A stretch of DNA of 64,000 nt from Vicugna vicugna (Eukaryota): the NCBI GenBank assembly GCA_013265495.1, contig MU058650.1, positions 337,394 to 401,393 on the forward strand, in the 5' to 3' direction. The notes beneath the pieces are model-generated. The model did not search any database and was not told the origin of the DNA. It saw only the letters and a program-made list of their open reading frames with translations. Made by a program: the position numbers and the translations under genes. Below are positions 27,201 through 38,935 of this stretch, piece by piece (positions within the stretch are counted from its first letter, which is position 1; every line of letters begins with the position of its first letter).

Positions 27201-27687
27201 GTATCTCTTTTCACTAGCTATGTGAATTTATTCAAGTTAACTAACCTCTCAAAAGTTATTTGTAAAATAATCATCATAATACCCTTTCAGAGGGGTTGAA
27301 GGCAAAATCAGATGAAATAACCTACAGGCCCACAGTAGGCACTGAAAACCCTTAGTTCCCTTCTCACACCCCATGGCGGCCATGGCGTTGCTTATGGTGT
27401 AAAGGACGATGCCACACACCCATTTATAATTCAGTACATAGATTTACTAATTACAGAAGGTTCAAATCAAGCTGAAACTGTGATTAGCATTCTGAGCCAA
27501 CAAGTTAATACACAAATACCAATTTCTTTTGAAATACTCCTGTTTGAGCAAGGCAAAGAGCCCAAAGTAAGACAGAAAGCCTGTAGTCATTAAATGCTAC
27601 AGGAGTGAACAGTGAACTGGCTTTTTCTGCTAGAAGTCTTTTTGCTTTTAAGTATTGCCCTTAGATTTATGTGCTTAAGCTCTGAAG

Positions 27688-27930
27688 AGTGGCCAAGATG
27701 GTAGAGCAGGAAGGCCCTGAGCTCACCTGTTCCCATGGGCACTCCAAAACTACAACTATTTACAGAGCAGCTATTGATGAGAAAGACCAGAAGTCTAGCA
27801 GAAAAGATCTTGTACAGCTAAAGTATAAAGAAGAAAACACAACAAGACAGGGAGGAAGGGTGGACACACAGTGCAGTCAAGGTGGATACCCCAAGAGAAC
27901 AGCCCACGAATGGGAGGGTCGTCACACCTG
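27688..27930 (+). mobile_element. L1 5' UTR (internal promoter region)
   Basis: ggccAAGATGGtagagcaggaaggccctgagctcacctgttcccatgggcactccaaaactacaactatttacagagc... resembles laurasiatherian L1 5' ends, with a YY1-like motif at 27695. Confidence 0.8.
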
Positions 27931-27999
27931 GCTACCTGGCTACAAGTCTCCCCGAAGTGACAAGACTTCCTGAGACGTTATGGTGACACAGAGAGATGA

Positions 28000-28230
28000 A
28001 AGGGACGATGGCAATAAATAAAGGGGGCCCAGGGTTCCTGGCGGTCTTAGAGACCCCAGTAACTATAGCTTCTCAGGAGCCCTGGGTACAACTAACAGTG
28101 GGGTCTCAATCAGTGGATTTCTTAGTGGGCACTGGAGACACCTCCTCTATTGTGAGTTGTGAATTAACCTCTTCAATCGAGGCCATCATTCCTACAGCAG
28201 GGGTAACGGAGCAATCCCAGCACCAAGGAC
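28000..28230 (+). pseudogene. Class I (gamma-like) ERV protease remnant
   Basis: EPWVQLTVGSQSVDFLVGTGDTSSIV matches the retroviral protease pattern EPxVxLxVxxxxxxFLVDTGA; catalytic D reads as G (GGC, 28128-28130); preceded by taa-agggggccc, resembling a gag stop/readthrough context. Confidence 0.85.
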
Positions 28231-28267
28231 TCTTTAATGTGCACGACTTTGGCACCAGTGGGGGGGC

Positions 28268-28457
28268 CTGGCTCTGCTGAATCCTGAGGCCCCTCTGATG
28301 AGGAAGGCAGAATCACAAAACCGAACGGCCTTAGATATTTTATCTGCCTCACAGGGGGAACTTGTGCTGTGATCCACACTCCCTGTTGTAGCTCTTATAC
28401 CTGATGAATCTGGAAATGTGACCTCACTTTTAAATGATATGAGATCTCAAATTCAGG
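28268..28457 (+). pseudogene. ERV env transmembrane-subunit remnant (immunosuppressive domain and CX6CC), frameshifted
   Basis: Manual translation LALLNPEAPLMRKAESQNRTALDILSASQG/TCAVIHTPCC/IPDESGNVTSLLNDMRSQIQ with two frameshifts; not in the ORF track. Confidence 0.88.
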
Positions 28458-28581
28458 ACTAAGGAAATGCAGAGCCCTGTGCATCACAAGTGAATGCCAA
28501 AGCCTCCAAATGGCTTTCAGGACTGTTTTCTTGGTCCCTCAAGGCCTCCAATCTAACTTTTTAGGAATCTTTCCATCCCTG

Positions 28582-28666
28582 ATATATGTGTGTGTATATA
28601 TATATATGATATATACATATATATATATAGACACATACACACACACACACATATATATATATATAT
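28582..28666 (+). repeat. Compound (TG)/(TA)/(CA) microsatellite inside the ERV remnant
   Basis: Direct reading. Confidence 0.9.
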
Positions 28667-28882
28667 TTCAGGCTTATAATTTGTTACACACTTCACATCT
28701 CTGCAAAAGATCCATTAAAACTCTTTCAAACCTCCCCCCAGTAATTGACATGATCATGTCTGTTCCTTCCATTTAGAGGTGTCCCAGACAATGCCCCAGT
28801 TCAGCACGAAGCAGCCAGGGGACAATGACGCCCGCTTCCCAGCTTCCACAGAACTGCAGGAAATGAGCTAAGAGTGGGGATT

Positions 28883-29343
28883 TGAAGGAGTAGGAGACAA
28901 ACTACCTGCGCTGATGCTAAAGCTGTGTGCCGGCTCTTTCTGACTGAGAAGTCCTATCATTTGCTTTCTCTCCCTTACTCCTTTTGTGTTAAGAACCCTG
29001 AAACTTTTCCTTTACATTCTTTGCAGGAGGTAATGGGCCAACAATCTCAGAAGAATGGACAGACCCTCCAAAGTTCTTCCCCAACACCAGGAAGATCTCG
29101 GGGTTAAAAGGCATGTAGGACCCTGTAAACCATTCTGATTGTTACCACCTTTTCTGTTCCATCCAGTTTTTCTATAAAACTTCAAGACCCCAACCTGAAC
29201 CCCAAGATGGATTCACAGTCTCTAAGGGACTAGCCTCCCCTTTGTCTGGCAAAACAGTAAAGCTGCTCTTCACTAATTCTTCCAAAACTGCTTCCGAATC
29301 TCAATCTGTCTTTCAGGGTACAGAGGCCAGTTCTGTGGCAACA
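28883..29343 (+). mobile_element. ERV1 3' LTR preceded by a polypurine tract
   Basis: PPT aagagtggggat at 28870-28881, TG...CA termini, ctataaaa TATA, follows the env remnant. Confidence 0.85.
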
Positions 29344-29356
29344 GAACTGCCCCCTC

Positions 29357-30680
29357 CAAAAGACCATGGTTCAATGGAATAGAACAGAGAGACCAGACAT
29401 GAACCCACACTTATATATTCAAGAGTACACAAAGAGAAAAAGACAGTCTTTCAATAATTGGTGTTGAAAAACTGGGCAGCTACACGAACAAGAAACAGAC
29501 TGGAGTATCCTCCCACACCATGCAGATAAATCAACTCAAAACAGATTAAAGACTGAAATTTAAAAACTGAAACCATAAAACTTCTAGAAGAAGACAGGCA
29601 GTAAGCTCTTTAACATTAGTCTCAGTAATTTCCTTTTTGATATGTCTTCTCGGACAAGGCATAAATAAGCAAACTGTATCACATCAAACTGAAAAATACT
29701 TGTGCTGTGAAGGAAACTATCAACAAAAGGAAAAGGCCACCTACTCAATGGGTGAAGCTATTTGCTATATTCAGTGAGGTTAATATCCAAAATTTACAAA
29801 GAACTCATAAAACTCAACATTAAAACAACAACCACCACCTAATTAAAAAATGGGCAGAGGATCTGGATAGACAGTGATCAAGAAAGATATACAGATTTCC
29901 AAGAGACACACAAAAAAGATGCTAATCACCAGAGAAGTTCAAATTAAAACCACCGTGATGTATCACATCATACTTGTCAGAATAATTTTTATCAAAAAGA
30001 CAACAAGTAATAATTATTGGCACAAATGTGGAGAAAAGCGAACTTCCATGCACTGTTTTTGGGAACGTATATTGGGACAGCTACTATGGAAAACAGAATG
30101 AAGATTTCACAAAAAATTAGAAACAGAACTACTACATGAAATTCCAGAAATTCAGAAATTCCACTCCTAGGTATTTATCTGGAGAACATGAAAACACTAA
30201 TTAGAAAAAAAAATACGTATCCCATATGTTAATTGCAACATTATTTACAGTAGCCAAGATATGGAAGCAACCTAAGGGTCCATCACCAGATGAATGGATA
30301 AAGAAGATGTGGAACAGATATGCAATGGAGTATTACTTAGCCATAAAAATAAAGTCTTGCCATTTGTAACAACATGGATGGACCTAGAGGGTATTATGCT
30401 AAGTGAAATAAATTCAACAGAGAAAGACAAATACTGTATGATTTCATTTATATGTGAAATCTAAAAATCGAAATACATGAACAAACAAAACAGAAACAGA
30501 GTTACAGATTCAGAGAGGAAGACAAATAAGAACTAGGGATATAATGAACCACATGATCAATAAAATTAACACTGTTGTATGTTATATGCAACGTTGTTAA
30601 GAGATTAAATCCTAAGTGTTCTCATCACAGGGAGAAAACTTTTTTTCTATTTTAAAAAATTTTGTATATATATATGAGAT
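29357..30680 (+). mobile_element. L1 ORF2 C-terminus and 3' UTR (L1MA9-age-like)
   Basis: ORF 29874..30101 (KKDIQISKRHTKKMLITREVQIKTTVMYH...[13 protein letters not shown]) is L1 ORF2 cysteine-rich-domain-like; 3' UTR motifs follow. Confidence 0.92.
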
Positions 30681-30744
30681 TTCACCAAACAAAGAGAAAC
30701 CTTTTCATCTTGGAATGTTGGTTATTGGAGTAGCCTTAGCAACG

Positions 30745-30965
30745 ATGTGGCAGCTTGGGTGAAGAGCATTTTAGGCGTACAGATGCTGAAAGGGGTCATA
30801 CGCTTCAGAATCTGACTCACCACTTATCTGCTGTATCATCCTGGGCAAATAAATTACTTCTCTAAAACTCATTATCTATAATATAGAGATAATAACAATG
30901 TGTATCAGCTTAGTCTGGTACATAATAAGCATTTATCCATATCTAATATAAAACATTATGATTAT
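30745..30965 (+). mobile_element. MIR SINE
   Basis: cagaatctgactcaccacttatctgctgtatcatcctgggcaaataaattacttctctaaaactca. Confidence 0.65.
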
Positions 30966-31429
30966 TAACTTTAACTGGAAAAAATAGCAGTCAATTTTGT
31001 TTATTTTCTTGTAGCATAAAGACCAGGCAATTTTCTAGTTCACATACTCCATTCCACGGATGTGGAAACTGAGAAACCAAGGGTAAATGGCCTGAGAAAG
31101 GACACAACCGTGAGGATTAAAGTATAAATGGAAACATTCTTATGGCTTCTACTGAATTCATCTTTTTATCATAACATTTTGTCAGTTTTCTTTTTTAATC
31201 CCCTTTTTCTCATTGTTGAAGGTGAAAAATGCATAATGATAACTTATGTTTATACAAAGCTCCCTAAAATCTGTTTAAATGGGTAATTATATAGCATTAG
31301 TCAAATGACCAGAATTAAGAGAAAGTATTTTCGGAAAAGTTTTTTGAAAGATTTTGAAAAATAACAGAAAGCTAAAATTTGAAGACACACAATATCAAAT
31401 GTAAAACCAAACTGTCTTAACCCACCTGA

Positions 31430-31702
31430 AGACAAGTGACTACTAGAAGCAATGTGGTGTCCTAGATAGGCTACTGGAGCAAAAAAAAGGAAATTATGGG
31501 AAAATTGAGGAAGTCTGAATAAATTGTAAACTTTAATTAATAATAATATATCCATATTAGTTCATTAAATATACCAATAGTTTGGGGAAAGCTATTGTTT
31601 GGGGAAAATTGAACACAGGATATTCAAGGACTCTCTGTGCTGTCTCCTCAATGATTCTGAAAATATAAAACTGTTATAAAATAAAAAGTTACTTTAAAAA
31701 AA
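31430..31702 (+). mobile_element. L1MC-like 3' end
   Basis: gcaatgtggtgtcctagatagg...gaagtctgaataaa...ctgttataaaataaaaagtt. Confidence 0.7.
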
Positions 31703-32194
31703 TGTAAATCCCATTCCTCCACCCATAAAAAGACAAATTCCCAAATGCTTCTTTATCTGAAATGTTTATTTTAAAATTCAGGCAGTAACAGCAAAATTAA
31801 GGTATGGATTGGATATGCAATAAAAGAACTGAATGAGATAATGTAAAAAAATAATAATTTACAAATCTTAGAAAGAAATAAACCAATCAACCAACCAACC
31901 AAAAGGCATTAACAACCCTCAGTCCTTTGATATATACCCTAATCCTGTTCTAGGCCACTCTTGTCACCTACATTTATTCCATTTGGGCATTAGATGGCGC
32001 TCATGTTTGTTTTACTGAGCAGACTGGCTCATTTTTCTGCAATAGATCTTTCAACTGGAGATGTGTCTGGAAGATCTGGCCCAACATTAATTTTAGGAGT
32101 TAACTGTAAAAACAAAGTTAACTCCATAATAAGGTTTAAATAAACCTTGGGTTGAGTGAAAAATCTGAACAATGAGCAAAACTGAAAAGTAAGA

Positions 32195-32340
32195 GATCAT
32201 TAAGCAAGATTCGTAAATCCCAAGGAGTCCAATGGTAAACTTGAAAGTATCCACAGACCCCCTGAAATTGTGCATTCCATCCATGGTAGTTACCATCTTT
32301 TAAAGGAGTCCATGGATTCCCCAATATTAGAGAACCATTA
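32195..32340. mobile_element. hAT-Charlie MITE fragment (MER103/MER5-like)
   Basis: ccacagaccccctgaaattgtgc...aaaggagtccatggattcccc...agagaaccatt. Confidence 0.45.
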
Positions 32341-32980
32341 TTTTTATCCTTTTCAGTTTCAAATGATTTCTGTATCTTTAACACCTACCCCTAAATTTTG
32401 CATTTAGTACACAATATTTAAAATTTTGTTTAATAAATAAGTAAATTGATCAGAAGGATAAATGAAAGGAAATTCTATGCTGGGCACAAATGTCACCTTT
32501 TCCTTCCTCTAAATATTTGCAGGAATAAATTTTTACCTCTCAAGTCATTCGTTCATTCATTTTTGTATCCCTCATCAATACTTGCAAACTAAGGTTGAAA
32601 ATCACCTTTTAAACAAGGGACCTTGAAATAATGTTTCATATCCAATCTTACCTCTGCTTGTCACATTACCAGTAATTGATAAAGTAATGTCATCCAGAAC
32701 TTATAAAATTGTATCTTTAGATCCCCCCAAAATCTGGCTAAAAATTAGAAGAATCTAGCTAATGGCTGCAGAAAGAAAATAAAAAGCTTAGCAACGGAGG
32801 CTGCAATCACTCAAAGCTCAGAACTGTTCTTTTGCTACTGCTTTAGCTCTGCTGTCACTTTTATGTTGATGGCCTCCTCCAGCATAAAACAAAGAATAAT
32901 GGTTTCCTCACTAATCAGTGAGTCATGGACTAGAGTAAGTCATCTGATTTTACTAGGGCTCCGCTTTTAACCTGGACTTT

Positions 32981-33120
32981 TGTTTGTTTACTTTTTTGGG
33001 GCGGGGGTAGGTAATACGTTTACTTATCATTTATTTTTTAGAGGAGGTATGCTGGGGATTGAACCCCGGACCTTGTGCATGCTAGGCATGTGCTCTACCA
33101 CTAGAGCTATGCCCTCTGCC
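32981..33120 (-). mobile_element. tRNA-derived camelid SINE (vic-1-like) with 15-bp TSD
   Basis: TSD TTTAACCTGGACTTT at 32966-32980 and 33121-33135; Pol III A/B boxes on the minus strand (agctctagtggtagagc, ggttcaatcccc). Confidence 0.92.
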
Positions 33121-33310
33121 TTTAACCTGGACTTTGAGAAAGAAGTTCTAAAGTTTAAAACGAAAAGCACTGTATTGTTTACCTGTAATTAGTATGCCAC
33201 TGATCTCTTCCAAGCAAATGTAAGAAAAAGGAGTAGTAAACTTTTTTCTTCAAAAAGTGAACTTGATAAATAAAGAAAACTACGCAAAATCATCATCAAA
33301 GACGAATTCA

Positions 33311-33441
33311 GGGGGTGGGGGAGGGTACAGCTCAAGTGGTAGAGCGCATGCTTAGCATGCACAAGGCCCTGGGTTCAATCCCCAGTACCGCCTCTAAAAT
33401 TAAATAAATAAGTAAACCAACTTGCCTCCCCCCACCAAAAC
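33311..33441 (+). mobile_element. tRNA-derived camelid SINE (vic-1-like)
   Basis: ggggagggtacagctcaagtggtagagcgcatgcttagcatgcacaaggccctgggttcaatccccagtacc then AT-rich tail. Confidence 0.92.
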
Positions 33442-33829
33442 CATGACTAACTCTGTGTATGTTGAGTGTGTGTGATGCACACAATACCAGTTGTAAGAAA
33501 TCTGTTTACACATAAACTTCTCCTAGTTAAGTGTGTACTGTTTTCTTTTGACCCCATTCCCCCGACACATGAAATTCAGAGTGAGAAATCTGTCATTTAA
33601 CCAAACCAGTCTCTTTATTAAAAATGAATTTATTATTACTTTGTTTATTAACATATTTACAAGACTATTAAAAGATACACAGTTATTTTGATATGTTTCA
33701 TTATGGTTTCAAGTCACCTGCAAATTCCTAAACACACAAGCCGCCTTTCCTTCCCTGGGCCTTTAATGTTGCTGTTTATCTGCTTAGACTCACTTCTACC
33801 ACTTCTCTGGGATAACTTTCTGGTGGACG

Positions 33830-35045
33830 GAAAAATGATTCAGTTATATATGTATCTTTTTTCAGATTTTTCCCATTATAGGTTATTATAGTACATTGGA
33901 TATAATTCCCTGTGCTATATAGTAAATTCTTGCTGCTTATCTATTTTATGTATAGTGGTTTGTATCTGTTAATCCTGTAATGGAGGAGAACAAATTTTAC
34001 TCTATAGTGGTCTGTTCCTTTAGTTTTGACCACTGAGCCCTGTTTTCCAGGCTCAGGCTTGCTCAGGCTTGCTGGCTCTGCACCTTTTGTGAAACAATGT
34101 TGCCTTTAGCCTGAAATGCACAGCAGAGCCTGTTCTCTGGGCCCTGACCTTTAAGGATGTCAGCACTTCTGCACTTCTGCAGAGATGGCCAGTTCAAAAT
34201 AGAGAATAACCTTTGTTTTGTTGGAGGTTTACAAGGGCACCATGGCCGGACCCACATGGACTGCTGCAGGAACAAAGAATTCCTGCAGCAAGAAGTTTGC
34301 AACAACCCACCACACCCCCTCCCCTGTTTTTTTGTTTTCTTTTTTTTTTCACTTGTATAAAAAGAGCCTGTATCCTGACTGGAGCAGGATGGTTCTCCAA
34401 GATGTTAGTCTGCCATCCTCTTGGTTGGTCAGCTTTCTGAATAAAGTCGCTATTCCTTGCCCCAACACCTCGTCTCCCGATTTATTGTCCTGTCATGCAG
34501 CGAGCAGAATGAGTTTGGACTCGGTAACAATCCCATACTCCTAATTTATCTCCCCACTTCCTTTTTCTCTTTGGAAACCATACATTTGTTTTCTGTCTGA
34601 GTCTGTTTCTGTTTTGTATATAAATTCATTTGCATTACTTTTAGATTCCACATATAAGTGATATTATATAATATTTGTTTTTTCTGTCTGACTTACTTTA
34701 CTAAAAATAATAGTCTAGGTCCACCCATGTTGCTGCAAAAGGCAATATTTCATTCTTTTTTAAATTGCTGAGTAATATTTCATTGTATATATACACCATA
34801 TCATCTTAAGCTAATCATCTGTGGATGGGCTCTTGGGATGTTACTATGACTTGGCCATTGTAAATAGTGCTGCTATGAACACTGGGGTGTGTGTATCTTT
34901 TTGAATTACAGATTTTGTCTTTTCTGGATATGTCCAGGAGTGGGACTGCTAGATCACATAGTAGCTCTATTTTTAGTTTTTAAAGAAAACTCCATTCTGT
35001 TTTCCATAGTGATTATGACAGTTTACATTCCCATCAACAGTGTAG
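33830..35045 (-). mobile_element. L1 3' region interrupted by an LTR
   Basis: L1 3' UTR antisense runs ...tgtatctgttaATCC [LTR] ATCCcatactcctaatttatc... and continues into ORF2 C-terminal antisense. Confidence 0.88.
33976..34529 (+). mobile_element. Solo ERV1 LTR (MER41-like), 4-bp TSD ATCC
   Basis: TG...CA termini, ATCC on both sides, tataaaaa, aataaagtcgctattccttgccccaacacctcgtctccc. Confidence 0.92.
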
Positions 35046-36449
35046 ATTGCTTTCCTCAGTTCTTGACCTACCTGGATGGCTTTTTACCTTTCAGACCACA
35101 GTTTATAAGTCACTTCCTGCAGGCAGTGTTTCATCAGGAAGTTAGGTATCCCCACTATGAATTGTATTCACTGAAATTCCCCTTTCCTAACAGTTACTAC
35201 AGTTTATTTTAACTGTTTTTCATTATCTGTCTCCTTCGCAAGGTGCTAAGCTCTGGGAAAACAGGAATAGCATGTCTTACTCATTGTTATGTTCCCAGCA
35301 CCTAGCAGAACTTTCTTACACATTACAGTGGTAACATAAATGTTGAAGTAAAAAAATAAATTTAACCACTTCTTTTAAAACCTCAGAATATAAATTAATA
35401 TGCCTTCTGAATTAGATATTTGAAATGTACTTTTTTTTAACTGTTCCTCTTCATAAAAGGAATATCCTAAAAAGTAAACTTAAGCAAAGAATGATTTTCC
35501 AGAAACTTGCCTAAGGTATTCCTACATTCCTTTTTGCTCTACTTTTTCTGTTATGTTAAAAAAAAAACCACATAAACAAACAAAACAAGCTAATTCAGGT
35601 TAAATGAGTGTGTCCAAGCAATGGTACCTGCCACATGGGACAACCTAAGGGTTGTCTGTGAGCGCTGTACACCAGGAGCCAGGGACACAGCAAAATGTGG
35701 CCAATACTTACGTTCTTACTGACACTACCCACTAAAGTATATATGATATCTATGTAACAGGTAGGTAGGGGGACACGTGTATCCCACAATTGCCAAAATC
35801 ATAGCAAATACTTCAAGTTTAAAAGTTATTTTGGTTAGGCAAAGGTATTATTAGAATAAAAATCAAGTCTTGGTAGAATATCATTTTTTATATAAAGCAA
35901 CTTATTTCAGTATGTAATTACTTTCTGTCACAATATTAATAAAGAGTATTTTCTTATTGAAAAGAGTTAGACATGTTTCAGAGTACTCGGAATCAAATTT
36001 TGAAAATGGTAAGATAACAATTTAGTTTATGATTTTAAAAGGTAGTTGGTAAAAGACATTTAATCTCCAGTGACCATCACAATGGCAGCTGTGGACCCCA
36101 ACTTCTTATATGATATTGTTTCAGTCTACCTTTTATATATAGCCAAGCATGGACTGCGGAGTACCTTCAGGGGGAAAAGCCAAATAAAAGCAAATTTTTG
36201 CCTGTATGCTTCCCATTTTCCCAATATGTAGGCAAGAGCAGACTGTGGATTTCAAGAATTATAAGGCCTTTTGATGTGATTCTGAAAGCCATCAAGAATA
36301 TGAGACTTGATCATGTCTGTCTTGTTTATTGTGATAACCCTGTATCTTTTCACAGTCGCTGGCATGGAAATAGATGATCAATAAATACACACATACTAGG
36401 TAAACAAGCAGAACTTCAGTAGTACATTGGCAGATTATATTTCTGATTT

Positions 36450-37090
36450 AGAATATTAACATGGGCTACAGGATGATGAATGACTTTGGAGTTATGACTG
36501 AGCAAGAAAGACTACAGGCGAGTTCTTAGTGAAATTGGAGTGGTTAATTCTGATGGAAAGAAGGAAACTTGTTAAGAGAGATAAGTAGGTGGCAAATTGA
36601 GAGGACTTGGTGACTGGCTGGATGGAAAGGGTAAAAGAAAGAATCTTATAAAGGCGGATGCCCTAAATTCTGGATTAGTGTGCTGAGTGTCATGGATTGA
36701 AATAAGGACTAAAGGAGGAAGAATAAGTTCCTTTTGGATGACACTAAGATGGTAGGATATTATGAGTTAATTTTGGATGGGAAATGTAAAAGTGAGTTGA
36801 ATTTGAATTGAGAGACATCAGCTTTGAAGTTGTTCTAGAAATCATGGCTGTGGTAGATTTACAGAGTGTGTAGCACGGGAGGAAAAAGAGCTGGGTGGAT
36901 AATTTTGAAGATCATGAGCACTTAAAGGTTTCACAATCAAAGTAAAGCCAAGGATCTGAAGCTAGGTTGGGAGTCTGAAATTTTAGAGCAGACAGGTTCA
37001 GACTGTAGATGAAGCAAAACGGAAGGACACATCCAGGAAACAGGTGCGTGAGAAGTCAAGTGATGAAGTTTGAAGCAATGATAAAAGGAG
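36450..37090 (-). mobile_element. L2 fragment
   Basis: ggacttggtgactggctggatg...ggaggaagaataagttccttttggatgacactaag (L2 antisense). Confidence 0.6.
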
Positions 37091-37094
37091 ATAT

Positions 37095-37566
37095 TGATAG
37101 TAAACCAAATCTGTTAGGACAACAGTCAATCCCTTAGCAGAACCTGAGGGTCTGGAGAAAGAAGAAAGCAGGTAAGAAGGACATGCATATTGTAGTGAGC
37201 AAGGTCAGGGGCCCATCCTGACAATAGTAGACCAAATTCAAGAGACGGCCCAAAAGAGGCAGCCCATCTTGAGAGCTTCCCTGGCCCATCTTGAGAGCTT
37301 CTCTGGCCCATCTATCTTGAGAGCTTCTCTGTTTAGTGCTCCCTAAACCAGGCTCATGGAGTCTGGCAAACATAATCTGGCATTTTTCCCCATCAGCAAG
37401 ATGAGAACGCGCAATAAACTTCACAAGCCTCTCAGTTAGATGACCTTAGTTTCTTGATCTTGGAAAGAAACTATAGATATTCTCAATTCCTTAAGCCTCT
37501 GAAGAATCTTCAATCTACTAAACACATTACTAAGGTCACATTTTTGTGTTGTTCCTTTGCTCATCA
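37095..37566 (-). mobile_element. Probable solo LTR of a family I do not recognise, with an internal triple repeat
   Basis: Inverted termini TGAT-AGTAAA...TTTGCTCATCA; three copies of (ccc)atcttgagagcttc(c/t)ctg at ~37263-37331; no clean TSD. Confidence 0.5.
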
Positions 37567-37739
37567 TTTAAAAAGAATTCAACATGAAGAAAAAAACACA
37601 TAACACATAAGAAAAAAATCACAGATTTCTTAAAAAGATAAAGAAAAGCAACTCATATTCAGAAACTGGACTTTGAACACTGAAATCACTTGGGAAGTGC
37701 ACCTCCCTGTGACTGACTTCCCTTCTCCATTCCTACTGT

Positions 37740-38330
37740 TCCCACCTGAGCTGGGAATCTCGTTCTCTTACTTGGACTATCACTCTGATTTCCTAATTTG
37801 TCTGTCTCTAGTCTATTTCCTCTTGAATCTTCCAATATGTAGCTGCCAGATGGTACTTTCTAAAACACTCTAAGGCATTCATCTGAGTAAGTTTTTCTCC
37901 AATTAGAATCTCTCAATGTTTCCTAGCTTCCCACTGAATAATATCCAGACCTCTGTGAGAAATTCACAATTCCTAATAGCCTGGCTCTTTGCCAATGTCC
38001 ATTTAATCTCACAGTTCTCCTCCCTTTCTAATTTTTTGCTTTTAAAACCCCAGATGCCTGTTTTCTAAATGCACTGAATAATTTCACACCTCTGGGCTTT
38101 TGTACGTGCTGCTTCTTCTGTTTGTACTGTCCTCCTTACCTTAATCACCTGACAATTTACTACTCAATCTATTAATCTTCAATATTCACTTAATACTCCC
38201 TCTTAATACAGATCCCTGACTTCTTGCCCTTCCTTCTCCCAGCCTTCACCAGCCACAGTTTATCATCCCATCTTCTCTGCTACCTTGGTTTCTTGGTACA
38301 TTTCTGTATTTTAGCATGTAATCATAGACT
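37740..38330 (+). mobile_element. L2 fragment
   Basis: tttcacacctctgggcttttgtacgtgctgcttcttctg and other L2 motifs. Confidence 0.6.
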
Positions 38331-38744
38331 TCTGGAATTCTACTGAAGAGATGAAGATGACATATCTTTAGAAATCTAAACAAATCTTTGGAAATCCCTA
38401 AATTCACAATGCCACAGCATCAAATAATCTGCCCCCAAAATGTTTATATAATGGGACAGAATGCAGCCATGTGGATGTGCAGATGGCAAACAGCAGTCTA
38501 AGGTCACTGACTAGCTCCCTGCATTGCAGCATGGGTGATTTAAATGAATCTGTAGGCAAATGTATTTTTTCATTACATACAACTACACTAAGCTCGCTTG
38601 TGAATAGTTGAAACTGGGAATGCAAATTTTATAAATACCAAGTATCAATATTACAGCACTTACTTGTTTATGTATGTCTCACCCCATTTAATCTACAGTT
38701 CATGAAGAGAAGGACTATGTCTATTTTTCTGTAAGAAATAGATA

Positions 38745-38935
38745 TTTTTTGTATTGAAGTATAGTCAGTTTACAATGTTACCGATGTGCAGCATAATAAT
38801 TCAGTTACGTATACACGTACATGTATTCATTTTTATATTCTTTTTCATTATGGGTTAATGCAAGATACTGAATATTGTTCCCTGTGCTATATAGTATAAA
38901 CTTCTTGTTTATCTATTTTATATGTAGTAGTTAGT
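38745..38935 (-). mobile_element. L1 3' end inserted into an L2 tail
   Basis: tattgaagtatagtcagtttacaatgtt...ttccctgtgctatatagtataaac; the L2 tail resumes as caataaatgttaaatgaatgaa. Confidence 0.82.

Noticed and set aside
14663..29343. LTRs at 14663 and 28883 as the two ends of one provirus
   Set aside because: They are clearly diverged from each other, the first is a solo LTR with MLT1D continuing on both sides, and the 13 kb between is ordinary old genomic DNA.
33311..33390. tRNA gene
   Set aside because: The A/B boxes belong to a SINE head followed by an AT-rich SINE tail; sister copies carry TSDs.
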